A DNA stretch of 64,000 nt from the NCBI GenBank assembly GCA_964057225.1, contig OZ059899.1:3100001-3164000 (forward strand). The letters are read 5' to 3'. A program made the position numbers and the translations under genes. The stretch's first letter is position 1; the number at the start of each line of letters is the position of its first letter. Origin of the DNA: Auanema rhodensis (lineage: Eukaryota > Animalia > Nematoda). Of this stretch, positions 39,312-54,700 are shown one piece after another. The notes under the pieces were generated by a model. It was not told the origin of the DNA and ran no database searches. It saw only the letters and a list, made by a program, of their open reading frames with translations.

Positions 39312-42300
39312 ATTCGATGCGGATTTTTAAGCTGCGTCGATCTGTGTTATCAGATTTGCGCTAGCTTAAAAATGCACCGAGATATCAACTGATATAAGTT
39401 CACACTTATATCCTCGATTTTCACCCTGAAGAATTAATTTTTTCGTTGAATAACATTGTCTATCGTCTTTGCCTTGAGAAATGGAATCTAAAAACATCTA
39501 CTTTTTGCTAAATTATTTTGAAATTTTTCGAAAAAATTTTTGTCAAAATGTTTTTGGAAGCAATGTTGAGTGTACATGGAAACTCAACATACACTAATGC
39601 ATCATTTTTCAAACGATCATAACTAATTTTTGTATTAAGCGTTTCTCAATGTAGTATAGTGCATTCGATGCGGATTTTTAAGCTGCGTCGATCTGTGCTA
39701 TCAGATTTGCGCTAGCTTAAAAATGCACCGAGATATCAACTGATATAAGTTCACACTTATATCCTCGATTTTCACCCTGAAGAATTAATTTTTTCGTTGA
39801 ATAACATTGTCCATCGTCTTTGCCTTGAAAAATGGAATCTAAAAACATCTACTTTTTGCTAAATTATTTTGAAATTTTTCGAAAAAATTTTTGTCAAAAT
39901 GTTTTTGGAAGCAATGTTGAGTGTACATGGAAACTCAACATACACTAATGCATCATTTTTCAAACGATCATAACTAATTTTTGTATCAAGCGTTTTTCAA
40001 TGTAGTATAGTGCATTCGATGCGGATTTTTAAGCTGCGTCGATCTGTGTTATCAGATTTGCGCTAGCTTAAAAATGCACCGAGATATCAACTGATATAAG
40101 TTCACACATATATACCCGATTTTCACCCTGAAGAATTAATTTTTTTCGTTGAATAACATTGTCTATCGTCTTTGATTTGAGAAATGGAATCTAAAAACAT
40201 CTACTTTTTGCTAAATTATTTTGAAATTTTTCGAAAAAATTTTTGTCAAAATGTTTTTGGAAGCAATGTTGAGTGTACATGGAAACTCAACATACACTAA
40301 TGCATCATTTTTCAAAAGATCATAACTAATTTTTGTATCAAGCGTTTTTTAATGTAGTATAGTGCATTCGATGCGGATTTTTAAGCTGCGTCGATCTGTG
40401 TTTTCAGATTTGCGCTAGCTTAAAAATGCACCGAGATATCAACTGATATATGTTCACACTTATATCCTCGATTTTCACCCTGAAGAAATAATTTTTTCGT
40501 TGAATAACATTGTCCATCGTCTTTGCCTTGAAAAAAGAAATCTAAAAACATCTACTTTTTGCTAAATTATTTTGAAATTTTTCGAAAAAATTTTTGTCAA
40601 AATGTTTTTGGAAGCAATGTTGAGTGTACATGGAAACTCAACATACACTAATGCATCATTTTTCAAACGATCATAACTAATTTTTGTATTAAGCGTTTCT
40701 CAATGTAGTATAGTGCATTCGATGCGGATTTTTAAGCTGCGTCGATCTGTGTTATCAGATTTGCGCTAGCTTAAAAATGCACCGAGATATCAACTGATAT
40801 AAGTTCACACATATATACCCGATTTTCACCCTGAAGAATTAATTTTTTTCGTTGAATAACATTGTCTATCGTCTTTGCTTTGAGAAATGGAATCTAAAAA
40901 CATCTAGTTTTTGCTAAATTATTTTGAAATTTTTCGAAAAAATTTTTGTCAAAATGTTTTTGGAAGCAATGTTGAGTGTACATGGAAACTCAACATACAC
41001 TAATGCATCATTTTTCAAAAGATCATAACTAATTTTTGTATCAAGCGTTTTTCAATGTAGTATAGTGCATTCGATGCGGATTTTTAAGCTGCGTCGATTT
41101 GTGTTATCAGATTTGCGCTAGCTTAAAAATGCACCGAGATATCAACTGATATAAGTTCACACTTATATCCTCGATTTTCACCCTGAAGAATTAATTTTTT
41201 CGTTGAATAACATTGTCTATCGTCTTTGCCTTGAGAAATGGAATCTAAAAACATCTACTTTTTGCTAAATTATTTTGAAATTTTTCGAAAAAATTTTTGT
41301 CAAAATGTTTTTGGAAGCAATGTTGAGTGTACATGGAAACTCAACATACACTAATGCATCATTTTTCAAAAGATCATAACTAATTTTTGTATCAAGCGTT
41401 TTTTCAATGTAGTATAGTGCATTCGATGCGGATTTTTAAGCTGCGTCGATCTGTGTTATCAGATTTGCGCTAGCTTAAAAATGCACCGAGATATCAACTG
41501 ATATAAGTTCACACTTATATCCTCGATATTCACCCTGAAGAATTAATTTTTTCGTTGAATAACATTGTCTATCGTCTTTGCCTTGAGAAATGGAATCTAA
41601 AAACATCTACTTTTTGCTAAATTATTCTGAAATTTTTCGAAAAAATTTTTGTCAAAATGTTTTTGGAAGCAATGTTGAGTGTACATGGAAACTCAACATA
41701 CACTAATGCATCATTTTTCAAAAGATCATAACTAATTTTTGTATCAAGCGTTTTTCAATGTAGTATAGTGCATTCGATGCGGATTTTTAAGCTGCGTCGA
41801 TCTGTGTTATCAGATTTGCGCTAGCTTAAAAATGCACCGAGATATCAACTGATATAAGTTCACACTTATATCCTCGATATTCACCCTGAAGAATTAATTT
41901 TTTCGTTGAATAACATTGTCTATCGTCTTTGCCTTGAGAAATGGAATCTAAAAACATCTACTTTTTGCTAAATTATTTTGAAATTTTTCGAAAAAATTTT
42001 TGTCAAAATGTTTTTGGAAGCAATGTTGAGTGTACATGGAAACTCAACATACACTAATGCATCATTTTTCAAAAGATCATAACTAATTTTTGTATCAAGC
42101 GTTTTTCAATGTAGTATAGTGCATTCGATGCGGATTTTTAAGCTGCGTCGATCTGTGTTATCAGATTTGCGCTAGCTTAAAAATGCACCGAGATATCAAC
42201 TGATATAAGTTCACACTTATATCCTCGATTTTCACCCTGAAGAAATAATTTTTTCGTTGAATAACATTGTCCATCGTCTTTGCCTTGAAAAAAGGAATCT

Positions 42301-45300
42301 AAAAACATCTACTTTTTGCTAAATTATTTTGAAATTTTTCGAAAAAATTTTTGTCAAAATGTTTTTGGAAGCAATGTTGAGTGTACATGGAAACTCAACA
42401 TACACTAATGCATCATTTTTCAAACGATCATAACTAATTTTTGTATCAAGCGTTTTTCAATGTAGTATAGTGCATTCGATGCGGATTGTTAAGCTGCGTC
42501 GATCTGTGTTATCAGATTTGCGCTAGCTTAAAAATGCACCGAGATATCAACTGATATAAGTTCACACATATATACCCGATTTTCACCCTGAAGAATTAAT
42601 TTTTTTCGTTGAATAACATTGTCTATCGTCTTTGCTTTGAGAAATGGAATCTAAAAACATCTACTTTTTGCTAAATTATTTTGAAATTTTTCGAAAAAAT
42701 TTTTGTCAAAATGTTTTTGGAAGCAATGTTGAGTGTACATGGAAACTCAACATACACTAATGCATCATTTTTCAAAAGATCATAACTAATTTTTGTATCA
42801 AGCGTTTTTTAATGTAGTATAGTGCATTCGATGCGGATTTTTAAGCTGCGTCGATCTGTGTTATCAGATTTGCGCTAGCTTAAAAATGCACCGAGATATC
42901 AACTGATATAAGTTCACACTTATATCCTCGATTTTCACCCTGAAGAATTAATTTTTTCGTTGAATAACATTGTCTATCGTCTTTGCCTTGAGAAATGGAA
43001 TCTAAAAACATCTACTTTTTGCTAAATTATTTTGAAATTTTTCGAAAAAATTTTTGTCAAAATGTTTTTGGAAGCAATGTTGAGTGTACATGGAAACTCA
43101 ACATACACTAATGCATCATTTTTCAAACGATCATAACTAATTTTTGTATTAAGCGTTTCTCAATGTAGTATAGTGCATTCGATGCGGATTTTTAAGCTGC
43201 GTCGATCTGTGCTATCAGATTTGCGCTAGCTTAAAAATGCACCGAGATATCAACTGATATAAGTTCACACTTATATCCTCGATTTTCACCCTGAAGAATT
43301 AATTTTTTCGTTGAATAACATTGTCCATCGTCTTTGCCTTGAAAAATGGAATCTAAAAACATCTACTTTTTGCTAAATTATTTTGAAATTTTTCGAAAAA
43401 ATTTTTGTCAAAATGTTTTTGGAAGCAATGTTGAGTGTACATGGAAACTCAACATACACTAATGCATCATTTTTCAAACGATCATAACTAATTTTTGTAT
43501 CAAGCGTTTTTCAATGTAGTATAGTGCATTCGATGCGGATTTTTAAGCTGCGTCGATCTGTGTTATCAGATTTGCGCTAGCTTAAAAATGCACCGAGATA
43601 TCAACTGATATAAGTTCACACATATATACCCGATTTTCACCCTGAAGAATTAATTTTTTTCGTTGAATAACATTGTCTATCGTCTTTGCTTTGAGAAATG
43701 GAATCTAAAAACATCTACTTTTTGCTAAATTATTTTGAAATTTTTCGAAAAAATTTTTGTCAAAATGTTTTTGGAAGCAATGTTGAGTGTACATGGAAAC
43801 TCAACATACACTAATGCATCATTTTTCAAAAGATCATAACTAATTTTTGTATCAAGCGTTTTTTAATGTAGTATAGTGCATTCGATGCGGATTTTTAAGC
43901 TGCGTCGATCTGTGTTTTCAGATTTGCGCTAGCTTAAAAATGCACCGAGATATCAACTGATATATGTTCACACTTATATCCTCGATTTTCACCCTGAAGA
44001 AATAATTTTTTCGTTGAATAACATTGTCCATCGTCTTTGCCTTGAAAAAAGAAATCTAAAAACATCTACTTTTTGCTAAATTATTTTGAAATTTTTCGAA
44101 AAAATTTTTGTCAAAATGTTTTTGGAAGCAATGTTGAGTGTACATGGAAACTCAACATACACTAATGCATCATTTTTCAAACGATCATAACTAATTTTTG
44201 TATTAAGCGTTTCTCAATGTAGTATAGTGCATTCGATGCGGATTTTTAAGCTGCGTCGATCTGTGTTATCAGATTTGCGCTAGCTTAAAAATGCACCGAG
44301 ATATCAACTGATATAAGTTCACACATATATACCCGATTTTCACCCTGAAGAATTAATTTTTTTCGTTGAATAACATTGTCTATCGTCTTTGCTTTGAGAA
44401 ATGGAATCTAAAAACATCTAGTTTTTGCTAAATTATTTTGAAATTTTTCGAAAAAATTTTTGTCAAAATGTTTTTGGAAGCAATGTTGAGTGTACATGGA
44501 AACTCAACATACACTAATGCATCATTTTTCAAAAGATCATAACTAATTTTTGTATCAAGCGTTTTTCAATGTAGTATAGTGCATTCGATGCGGATTTTTA
44601 AGCTGCGTCGATTTGTGTTATCAGATTTGCGCTAGCTTAAAAATGCACCGAGATATCAACTGATATAAGTTCACACTTATATCCTCGATTTTCACCCTGA
44701 AGAATTAATTTTTTCGTTGAATAACATTGTCTATCGTCTTTGCCTTGAGAAATGGAATCTAAAAACATCTACTTTTTGCTAAATTATTTTGAAATTTTTC
44801 GAAAAAATTTTTGTCAAAATGTTTTTGGAAGCAATGTTGAGTGTACATGGAAACTCAACATACACTAATGCATCATTTTTCAAAAGATCATAACTAATTT
44901 TTGTATCAAGCGTTTTTTCAATGTAGTATAGTGCATTCGATGCGGATTTTTAAGCTGCGTCGATCTGTGTTATCAGATTTGCGCTAGCTTAAAAATGCAC
45001 CGAGATATCAACTGATATAAGTTCACACTTATATCCTCGATATTCACCCTGAAGAATTAATTTTTTCGTTGAATAACATTGTCTATCGTCTTTGCCTTGA
45101 GAAATGGAATCTAAAAACATCTACTTTTTGCTAAATTATTCTGAAATTTTTCGAAAAAATTTTTGTCAAAATGTTTTTGGAAGCAATGTTGAGTGTACAT
45201 GGAAACTCAACATACACTAATGCATCATTTTTCAAAAGATCATAACTAATTTTTGTATCAAGCGTTTTTCAATGTAGTATAGTGCATTCGATGCGGATTT

Positions 45301-46339
45301 TTAAGCTGCGTCGATCTGTGTTATCAGATTTGCGCTAGCTTAAAAATGCACCGAGATATCAACTGATATAAGTTCACACTTATATCCTCGATATTCACCC
45401 TGAAGAATTAATTTTTTCGTTGAATAACATTGTCTATCGTCTTTGCCTTGAGAAATGGAATCTAAAAACATCTACTTTTTGCTAAATTATTTTGAAATTT
45501 TTCGAAAAAATTTTTGTCAAAATGTTTTTGGAAGCAATGTTGAGTGTACATGGAAACTCAACATACACTAATGCATCATTTTTCAAAAGATCATAACTAA
45601 TTTTTGTATCAAGCGTTTTTCAATGTAGTATAGTGCATTCGATGCGGATTTTTAAGCTGCGTCGATCTGTGTTATCAGATTTGCGCTAGCTTAAAAATGC
45701 ACCGAGATATCAACTGATATAAGTTCACACTTATATCCTCGATTTTCACCCTGAAGAAATAATTTTTTCGTTGAATAACATTGTCCATCGTCTTTGCCTT
45801 GAAAAAAGGAATCTAAAAACATCTACTTTTTGCTAAATTATTTTGAAATTTTTCGAAAAAATTTTTGTCAAAATGTTTTTGGAAGCAATGTTGAGTGTAC
45901 ATGGAAACTCAACATACACTAATGCATCATTTTTCAAACGATCATAACTAATTTTTGTATCAAGCGTTTTTCAATGTAGTATAGTGCATTCGATGCGGAT
46001 TGTTAAGCTGCGTCGATCTGTGTTATCAGATTTGCGCTAGCTTAAAAATGCACCGAGATATCAACTGATATAAGTTCACACATATATACCCGATTTTCAC
46101 CCTGAAGAATTAATTTTTTTCGTTGAATAACATTGTCTATCGTCTTTGCTTTGAGAAATGGAATCTAAAAACATCTACTTTTTGCTAAATTATTTTGAAA
46201 TTTTTCGAAAAAATTTTTGTCAAAATGTTTTTGGAAGCAATGTTGAGTGTACATGGAAACTCAACATACACTAATGCATCATTTTTCAAAAGATCATAAC
46301 TAATTTTTGTATCAAGCGTTTTTTAATGTAGTATAGTGC
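39312..46339. repeat. Higher-order tandem duplication: 10 monomers (3514 bp) x2 (M113-122 ~ M123-132)
   Basis: Same ordered markers at a 3514-bp offset: TGTGCTATC with GAAAAATGG, CACATATATACCCG, GTTTTCAG/TATATGTTC, CTAGTTTT, GATTTGTG, CGATATTC, ATTCTGA. One difference noted: TTGATTTG in M115 vs TTGCTTTG in M125. Confidence 0.88.
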
Positions 46340-48799
46340 ATTCGATGCGGATTTTTAAGCTGCGTCGATCTGTGTTTTCAGATTTGCGCTAGCTTAAAAA
46401 TGCACCGAGATATCAACTGATATATGTTCACACTTATATCCTCGATTTTCACCCTGAAGAAATAATTTTTTCGTTGAATAACATTGTCCATCGTCTTTGC
46501 CTTGAAAAAAGAAATCTAAAAACATCTACTTTTTGCTAAATTATTTTGAAATTTTTCGAAAAAATTTTTGTCAAAATGTTTTTGGAAGCAATGTTGAGTG
46601 TACATGGAAACTCAACATACACTAATGCATCATTTTTCAAACGATCATAACTAATTTTTGTATTAAGCGTTTCTCAATGTAGTATAGTGCATTCGATGCG
46701 GATTTTTAAGCTGCGTCGATCTGTGTTATCAGATTTGCGCTAGCTTAAAAATGCACCGAGATATCAACTGATATAAGTTCACACATATATACCCGATTTT
46801 CACCCTGAAGAATTAATTTTTTTCGTTGAATAACATTGTCTATCGTCTTTGCTTTGAGAAATGGAATCTAAAAACATCTAGTTTTTGCTAAATTATTTTG
46901 AAATTTTTCGAAAAAATTTTTGTCAAAATGTTTTTGGAAGCAATGTTGAGTGTACATGGAAACTCAACATACACTAATGCATCATTTTTCAAAAGATCAT
47001 AACTAATTTTTGTATCAAGCGTTTTTCAATGTAGTATAGTGCATTCGATGCGGATTTTTAAGCTGCGTCGATTTGTGTTATCAGATTTGCGCTAGCTTAA
47101 AAATGCACCGAGATATCAACTGATATAAGTTCACACTTATATCCTCGATTTTCACCCTGAAGAATTAATTTTTTCGTTGAATAACATTGTCTATCGTCTT
47201 TGCCTTGAGAAATGGAATCTAAAAACATCTACTTTTTGCTAAATTATTTTGAAATTTTTCGAAAAAATTTTTGTCAAAATGTTTTTGGAAGCAATGTTGA
47301 GTGTACATGGAAACTCAACATACACTAATGCATCATTTTTCAAAAGATCATAACTAATTTTTGTATCAAGCGTTTTTTCAATGTAGTATAGTGCATTCGA
47401 TGCGGATTTTTAAGCTGCGTCGATCTGTGTTATCAGATTTGCGCTAGCTTAAAAATGCACCGAGATATCAACTGATATAAGTTCACACTTATATCCTCGA
47501 TATTCACCCTGAAGAATTAATTTTTTCGTTGAATAACATTGTCTATCGTCTTTGCCTTGAGAAATGGAATCTAAAAACATCTACTTTTTGCTAAATTATT
47601 CTGAAATTTTTCGAAAAAATTTTTGTCAAAATGTTTTTGGAAGCAATGTTGAGTGTACATGGAAACTCAACATACACTAATGCATCATTTTTCAAAAGAT
47701 CATAACTAATTTTTGTATCAAGCGTTTTTCAATGTAGTATAGTGCATTCGATGCGGATTTTTAAGCTGCGTCGATCTGTGTTATCAGATTTGCGCTAGCT
47801 TAAAAATGCACCGAGATATCAACTGATATAAGTTCACACTTATATCCTCGATATTCACCCTGAAGAATTAATTTTTTCGTTGAATAACATTGTCTATCGT
47901 CTTTGCCTTGAGAAATGGAATCTAAAAACATCTACTTTTTGCTAAATTATTTTGAAATTTTTCGAAAAAATTTTTGTCAAAATGTTTTTGGAAGCAATGT
48001 TGAGTGTACATGGAAACTCAACATACACTAATGCATCATTTTTCAAAAGATCATAACTAATTTTTGTATCAAGCGTTTTTCAATGTAGTATAGTGCATTC
48101 GATGCGGATTTTTAAGCTGCGTCGATCTGTGTTATCAGATTTGCGCTAGCTTAAAAATGCACCGAGATATCAACTGATATAAGTTCACACTTATATCCTC
48201 GATTTTCACCCTGAAGAAATAATTTTTTCGTTGAATAACATTGTCCATCGTCTTTGCCTTGAAAAAAGGAATCTAAAAACATCTACTTTTTGCTAAATTA
48301 TTTTGAAATTTTTCGAAAAAATTTTTGTCAAAATGTTTTTGGAAGCAATGTTGAGTGTACATGGAAACTCAACATACACTAATGCATCATTTTTCAAACG
48401 ATCATAACTAATTTTTGTATCAAGCGTTTTTCAATGTAGTATAGTGCATTCGATGCGGATTGTTAAGCTGCGTCGATCTGTGTTATCAGATTTGCGCTAG
48501 CTTAAAAATGCACCGAGATATCAACTGATATAAGTTCACACTTATATCCTCGATTTTCACCCTGAAGAATTAATTTTTTTCGTTGAATAACATTGTCTAT
48601 CGTCTTTGCTTTGAGAAATGGAATCTAAAAACATCTACTTTTTGCTAAATTATTTTGAAATTTTTCGAAAAAATTTTTGTCAAAATGTTTTTGGAAGCAA
48701 TGTTGAGTGTACATGGAAACTCAACATACACTAATGCATCATTTTTCAAAAGATCATAACTAATTTTTGTATCAAGCGTTTTTTAATGTAGTATAGTGC
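43880..48799. repeat. Higher-order repeat: second 7-mer (2460 bp) in tandem x2 (M126-132, M133-139); a third copy lies at 40366-42825 and a fourth begins at 48800 and degenerates
   Basis: The GTTTTCAG+TATATGTTC monomer starts at 40366, 43880, 46340 and 48800. Each unit carries three 1-bp T insertions (7x351+3 = 2460). Confidence 0.88.
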
Positions 48800-51700
48800 A
48801 TTCGATGCGGATTTTTAAGCTGCGTCGATCTGTGTTTTCAGATTTGCGCTAGCTTAAAAATGCACCGAGATATCAACTGATATATGTTCACACTTATATC
48901 CTCGATTTTCACCCTGAAGAAATAATTTTTTCGTTGAATAACATTGTCCATCGTCTTTGCCTTGAAAAAAGAAATCTAAAAACATCTACTTTTTGCTAAA
49001 TTATTTTGAAATTTTTCGAAAAAATTTTTGTCAAAATGTTTTTGGAAGCAATGTTGAGTGTACATGGAAACTCAACATACACTAATGCATCATTTTTCAA
49101 ACGATCATAACTAATTTTTGTATTAAGCATTTCTCAATGTAGTATAGTGCATTCGATGCGGATTTTTAAGCTGCGTCGATCTGTGTTATCAGATTTGCGC
49201 TAGCTTAAAAATGCACCGAGATATCAACTGATATAAGTTCACACATATATACCCGATTTTCACCCTGAAGAATTAATTTTTTTCGTTGAATAACATTGTC
49301 TATCGTCTTTGCTTTGAGAAATGGAATCTAAAAACATCTACTTTTTGCTAAATTATTTTGAAATTTTTCGAAAAAATTTTTGTCAAAATGTTTTTGGAAG
49401 CAATGTTGAGTGTACATGGAAACTCAACATACACTAATGCATCATTTTTCAAAAGATCATAACTAATTTTTGTATCAAGCGTTTTTCAATGTAGTATAGT
49501 GCATTCGATGCGGATTTTTAAGCTGCGTCGATCTGTGTTATCAGATTTGCGCTAGCTTAAAAATGCACCGAGATATCAACTGATATAAGTTCACACTTAT
49601 ATCCTCGATTTTCACCCTGAAGAATTAATTTTCTCGTTGAATAACATTGTCTATCGTCTTTGCCTTGAGAAATGGAATCTAAAAACATCTACTTTTTGCT
49701 AAATTATTTTGAAATTTTTCGAAAAAATTTTTGTCAAAATGTTTTTGGAAGCAATGTTGAGTGTACATGGAAACTCAACATACACTAATGCATCATTTTT
49801 CAAAAGATCATAACTAATTTTTGTATCAAGCGTTTTTCAATGTAGTATAGTGCATTCGATGCGGATTTTTAAGCTGCGTCGATCTGTGTTATCAGATTTG
49901 CGCTAGCTTAAAAATGCACCGAGATATCAACTGATATAAGTTCACACTTATATCCTCGATTTTCACCCTGAAGAATTAATTTTTTCGTTGAATAACATTG
50001 TCTATCGTCTTTGCTTTGAGAAATGGAATCTAAAAACATCTACTTTTTGCTAAATTATTTTGAAATTTTTTGAAAAAATTTTTGTCAAAATGTTTTTGGA
50101 AGCAATGTTGAGTGTACATGGAAACTCAACATACACTAATGCATCATTTTTCAAAAGATCATAACTAATTTTTGTATCAAGCGTTTTTCAATGTAGTATA
50201 GTGCATTCGATGCGGATTTTTAAGCTGCGTCGATCTGTGTTATCAGATTTGCGCTAGCTTAAAAATGCACCGAGATATCAACTGATATAAGTTCACACTT
50301 ATATCCTCGATTTTCACCCTGAAGAATTAATTTTTTCGTTGAATAACATTGTCTATCGTCTTTGCCTTGAGAAATGGAATCTAAAAACATCTACTTTTTG
50401 CTAAATTATTCTGAAATTTTTCGAAAAAATTTTTGTCAAAATGTTTTTGGAAGCAATGTTGAGTGTACATGGAAACTCAACATACACTAATGCATCATTT
50501 TTCAAAAGATCATAACTAATTTTTGTATCAAGCGTTTTTCAATGTAGTATAGTGCATTCGATGCGGATTTTTACGCTGCGTCGATCTGTGTTATCAGATT
50601 TGCGCTAGCTTAAAAATGCACCGAGATATCAACTGATATAAGTTCACACTTATATCCTCGATTTTCACCCTGAAGAAATAATTTTTTCGTTGAATAACAT
50701 TGTCCATCGTCTTTGCCTTGAAAAAAGGAATCTAAAAACATCTACTTTTTGCTAAATTATTTTGAAATTTTTCGAAAAAATTTTTGTCAAAATGTTTTTG
50801 GAAGCAATGTTGAGTGTACATGGAAACTCAACATACACTAATGCATCATTTTTCAAACGATCATAACTAATTTTTGTATCAAGCGTTTTTCAATGTAGTA
50901 TAGTGCATTCGATGCGGATTGTTAAGCTGCGTCGATCTGTGTTATCAGATTTGCGCTAGCTTAAAAATGCACCGAGATATCAACTGATATAAGTTCACAC
51001 TTATATCCTCGATTTTCACCCTGAAGAATTAATTTTTTCGTTGAATAACATTGTCTATCGTCTTTGCCTTGAGAAATGGAATCTAAAAACATCTACTTTT
51101 TGCTAAATTATTTTGAAATTTTTCGAAAAAATTTTTGTCAAAATGTTTTTGGAAGCAATGTTGAGTGTACATGGAAACTCAACATACACTAATGCATCAT
51201 TTTTCAAAAGATCATAACTAATTTTTGTATCAAGCGTTTTTCAATGTAGTATAGTGCATTCGATGCGGATTTTTAAGCTGCGTCGATCTGTGTTATCAGA
51301 TTTGCGCTAGCTTAAAAATGCACCGGGATATCAACTGATATAAGTTCACACTTATATACCCGATTTTCACCCTGAAGAATTAATTTTTTCGTTGAATAAC
51401 ATTGTCCATCGTCTTTGCCTTGAAAAATGGAATCTAAAAACATCTACTTTTTGCTAAATTATTTTGAAATTTTTCGAAAAAATTTTTGTCAAAATGTTTT
51501 TGGAAGCAATGTTGAGTGTACATGGAAACTCAACATACACTAATGCATCATTTTTCAAACGATCATAACTAATTTTTGTATCAAGCGTTTTTCAATGTAG
51601 TATAGTGCATTCGATGCGGATTTTTAAGCTGCGTCGATCTGTGTTATCAGATTTGCGCTAGCTTAAAAATGCACCGAGATATCAACTGATATAAGTTCAC

Positions 51701-54700
51701 ACATATATACCCGATTTTCACCCTGAAGAATTAATTTTTTTCGTTGAATAACATTGTCTATCGTCTTTGCTTTGAGAAATGGAATCTAAAAACATCTACT
51801 TTTTGCTAAATTATTTTGAAATTTTTCGAAAAAATTTTTGTCAAAATGTTTTTGGAAGCAATGTTGAGTGTACATGGAAACTCAACATACACTAATGCAT
51901 CATTTTTCAAAAGATCATAACTAATTTTTGTATCAAGCGTTTTTCAATGTAGTATAGTGCATTCGATGCGGATTTTTAAGCTGCGTCGATCTGTGTTATC
52001 AGATTTGCGCTAGCTTAAAAATGCACCGAGATATCAACTGATATAAGTTCACACTTATATCCTCGATTTTCACCCTGAAGAATTAATTTTTTCGTTGAAT
52101 AACATTGTCTATCGTCTTTGCCTTGAGAAATGGAATCTAAAAACATCTACTTTTTGCTAAATTATTTTGAAATTTTTCGAAAAAATTTTTGTCAAAATGT
52201 TTTTGGAAGCAATGTTGAGTGTACATGGAAACTCAACATACACTAATGCATCATTTTTCAAAAGATCATAACTAATTTTTGTATCAAGCGTTTTTCAATG
52301 TAGTATAGTGCATTCGATGCGGATTTTTAAGCTGCGTCGATCTGTGTTATCAGATTTGCGCTAGCTTAAAAATGCACCGAGATATCAACTGATATAAGTT
52401 CACACTTATATCCTCGATTTTCACCCTGAAGAATTAATTTTTTCGTTGAATAACATTGTCTATCGTCTTTGCTTTGAGAAATGGAATCTAAAAACATCTA
52501 CTTTTTGCTAAATTATTTTGAAATTTTTTGAAAAAATTTTTGTCAAAATGTTTTTGGAAGCAATGTTGAGTGTACATGGAAACTCAACATACACTAATGC
52601 ATCATTTTTCAAAAGATCATAACTAATTTTTGTATCAAGCGTTTTTCAATGTAGTATAGTGCATTCGATGCGGATTTTTAAGCTGCGTCGATCTGTGTTA
52701 TCAGATTTGCGCTAGCTTAAAAATGCACCGAGATATCAACTGATATAAGTTCACACTTATATCCTCGATTTTCACCCTGAAGAATTAATTTTTTCGTTGA
52801 ATAACATTGTCTATCGTCTTTGCCTTGAGAAATGGAATCTAAAAACATCTACTTTTTGCTAAATTATTTTGAAATTTTTCGAAAAAATTTTTGTCAAAAT
52901 GTTTTTGGAAGCAATGTTGAGTGTACATGGAAACTCAACATACACTAATGCATCATTTTTCAAAAGATCATAACTAATTTTTGTATCAAGCGTTTTTCAA
53001 TGTAGTATAGTGCATTCGATGCGGATTTTTAAGCTGCGTCGATCTGTGTTATCAGATTTGCGCTAGCTTAAAAATGCACCGAGATATCAACTGATATAAG
53101 TTCACACTTATATCCTCGATTTTCACCCTGAAGAATTAATTTTTTCGTTGAATAACATTGTCTATCGTCTTTGCTTTGAGAAATGGAATCTAAAAACATC
53201 TACTTTTTGCTAAATTATTTTGAAATTTTTTGAAAAAATTTTTGTCAAAATGTTTTTGGAAGCAATGTTGAGTGTACATGGAAACTCAACATACACTAAT
53301 GCATCATTTTTCAAAAGATCATAACTAATTTTTGTATCAAGCGTTTTTCAATGTAGTATAGTGCATTCGATGCGGATTTTTAAGCTGCGTCGATCTGTGT
53401 TATCAGATTTGCGCTAGCTTAAAAATGCACCGAGATATCAACTGATATAAGTTCACACTTATATCCTCGATTTTCACCCTGAAGAATTAATTTTTTCGTT
53501 GAATAACATTGTCTATCGTCTTTGCCTTGAGAAATGGAATCTAAAAACATCTACTTTTTGCTAAATTATTCTGAAATTTTTCGAAAAAATTTTTGTCAAA
53601 ATGTTTTTGGAAGCAATGTTGAGTGTACATGGAAACTCAACATACACTAATGCATCATTTTTCAAAAGATCATAACTAATTTTTGTATCAAGCGTTTTTC
53701 AATGTAGTATAGTGCATTCGATGCGGATTTTTACGCTGCGTCGATCTGTGTTATCAGATTTGCGCTAGCTTAAAAATGCACCGAGATATCAACTGATATA
53801 AGTTCACACTTATATCCTCGATTTTCACCCTGAAGAATTAATTTTTTCGTTGAATAACATTGTCTATCGTCTTTGCTTTGAGAAATGGAATCTAAAAACA
53901 TCTACTTTTTGCTAAATTATTTTGAAATTTTTTGAAAAAATTTTTGTCAAAATGTTTTTGGAAGCAATGTTGAGTGTACATGGAAACTCAACATACACTA
54001 ATGCATCATTTTTCAAAAGATCATAACTAATTTTTGTATCAAGCGTTTTTCAATGTAGTATAGTGCATTCGATGCGGATTTTTAAGCTGCGTCGATCTGT
54101 GTTATCAGATTTGCGCTAGCTTAAAAATGCACCGAGATATCAACTGATATAAGTTCACACTTATATCCTCGATTTTCACCCTGAAGAATTAATTTTTTCG
54201 TTGAATAACATTGTCTATCGTCTTTGCCTTGAGAAATGGAATCTAAAAACATCTACTTTTTGCTAAATTATTTTGAAATTTTTCGAAAAAATTTTTGTCA
54301 AAATGTTTTTGGAAGCAATGTTGAGTGTACATGGAAACTCAACATACACTAATGCATCATTTTTCAAAAGATCATAACTAATTTTTGTATCAAGCGTTTT
54401 TCAATGTAGTATAGTGCATTCGATGCGGATTTTTAAGCTGCGTCGATCTGTGTTATCAGATTTGCGCTAGCTTAAAAATGCACCGAGATATCAACTGATA
54501 TAAGTTCACACTTATATCCTCGATTTTCACCCTGAAGAAATAATTTTTTCGTTGAATAACATTGTCCATCGTCTTTGCCTTGAAAAAAGGAATCTAAAAA
54601 CATCTACTTTTTGCTAAATTATTTTGAAATTTTTCGAAAAAATTTTTGTCAAAATGTTTTTGGAAGCAATGTTGAGTGTACATGGAAACTCAACATACAC

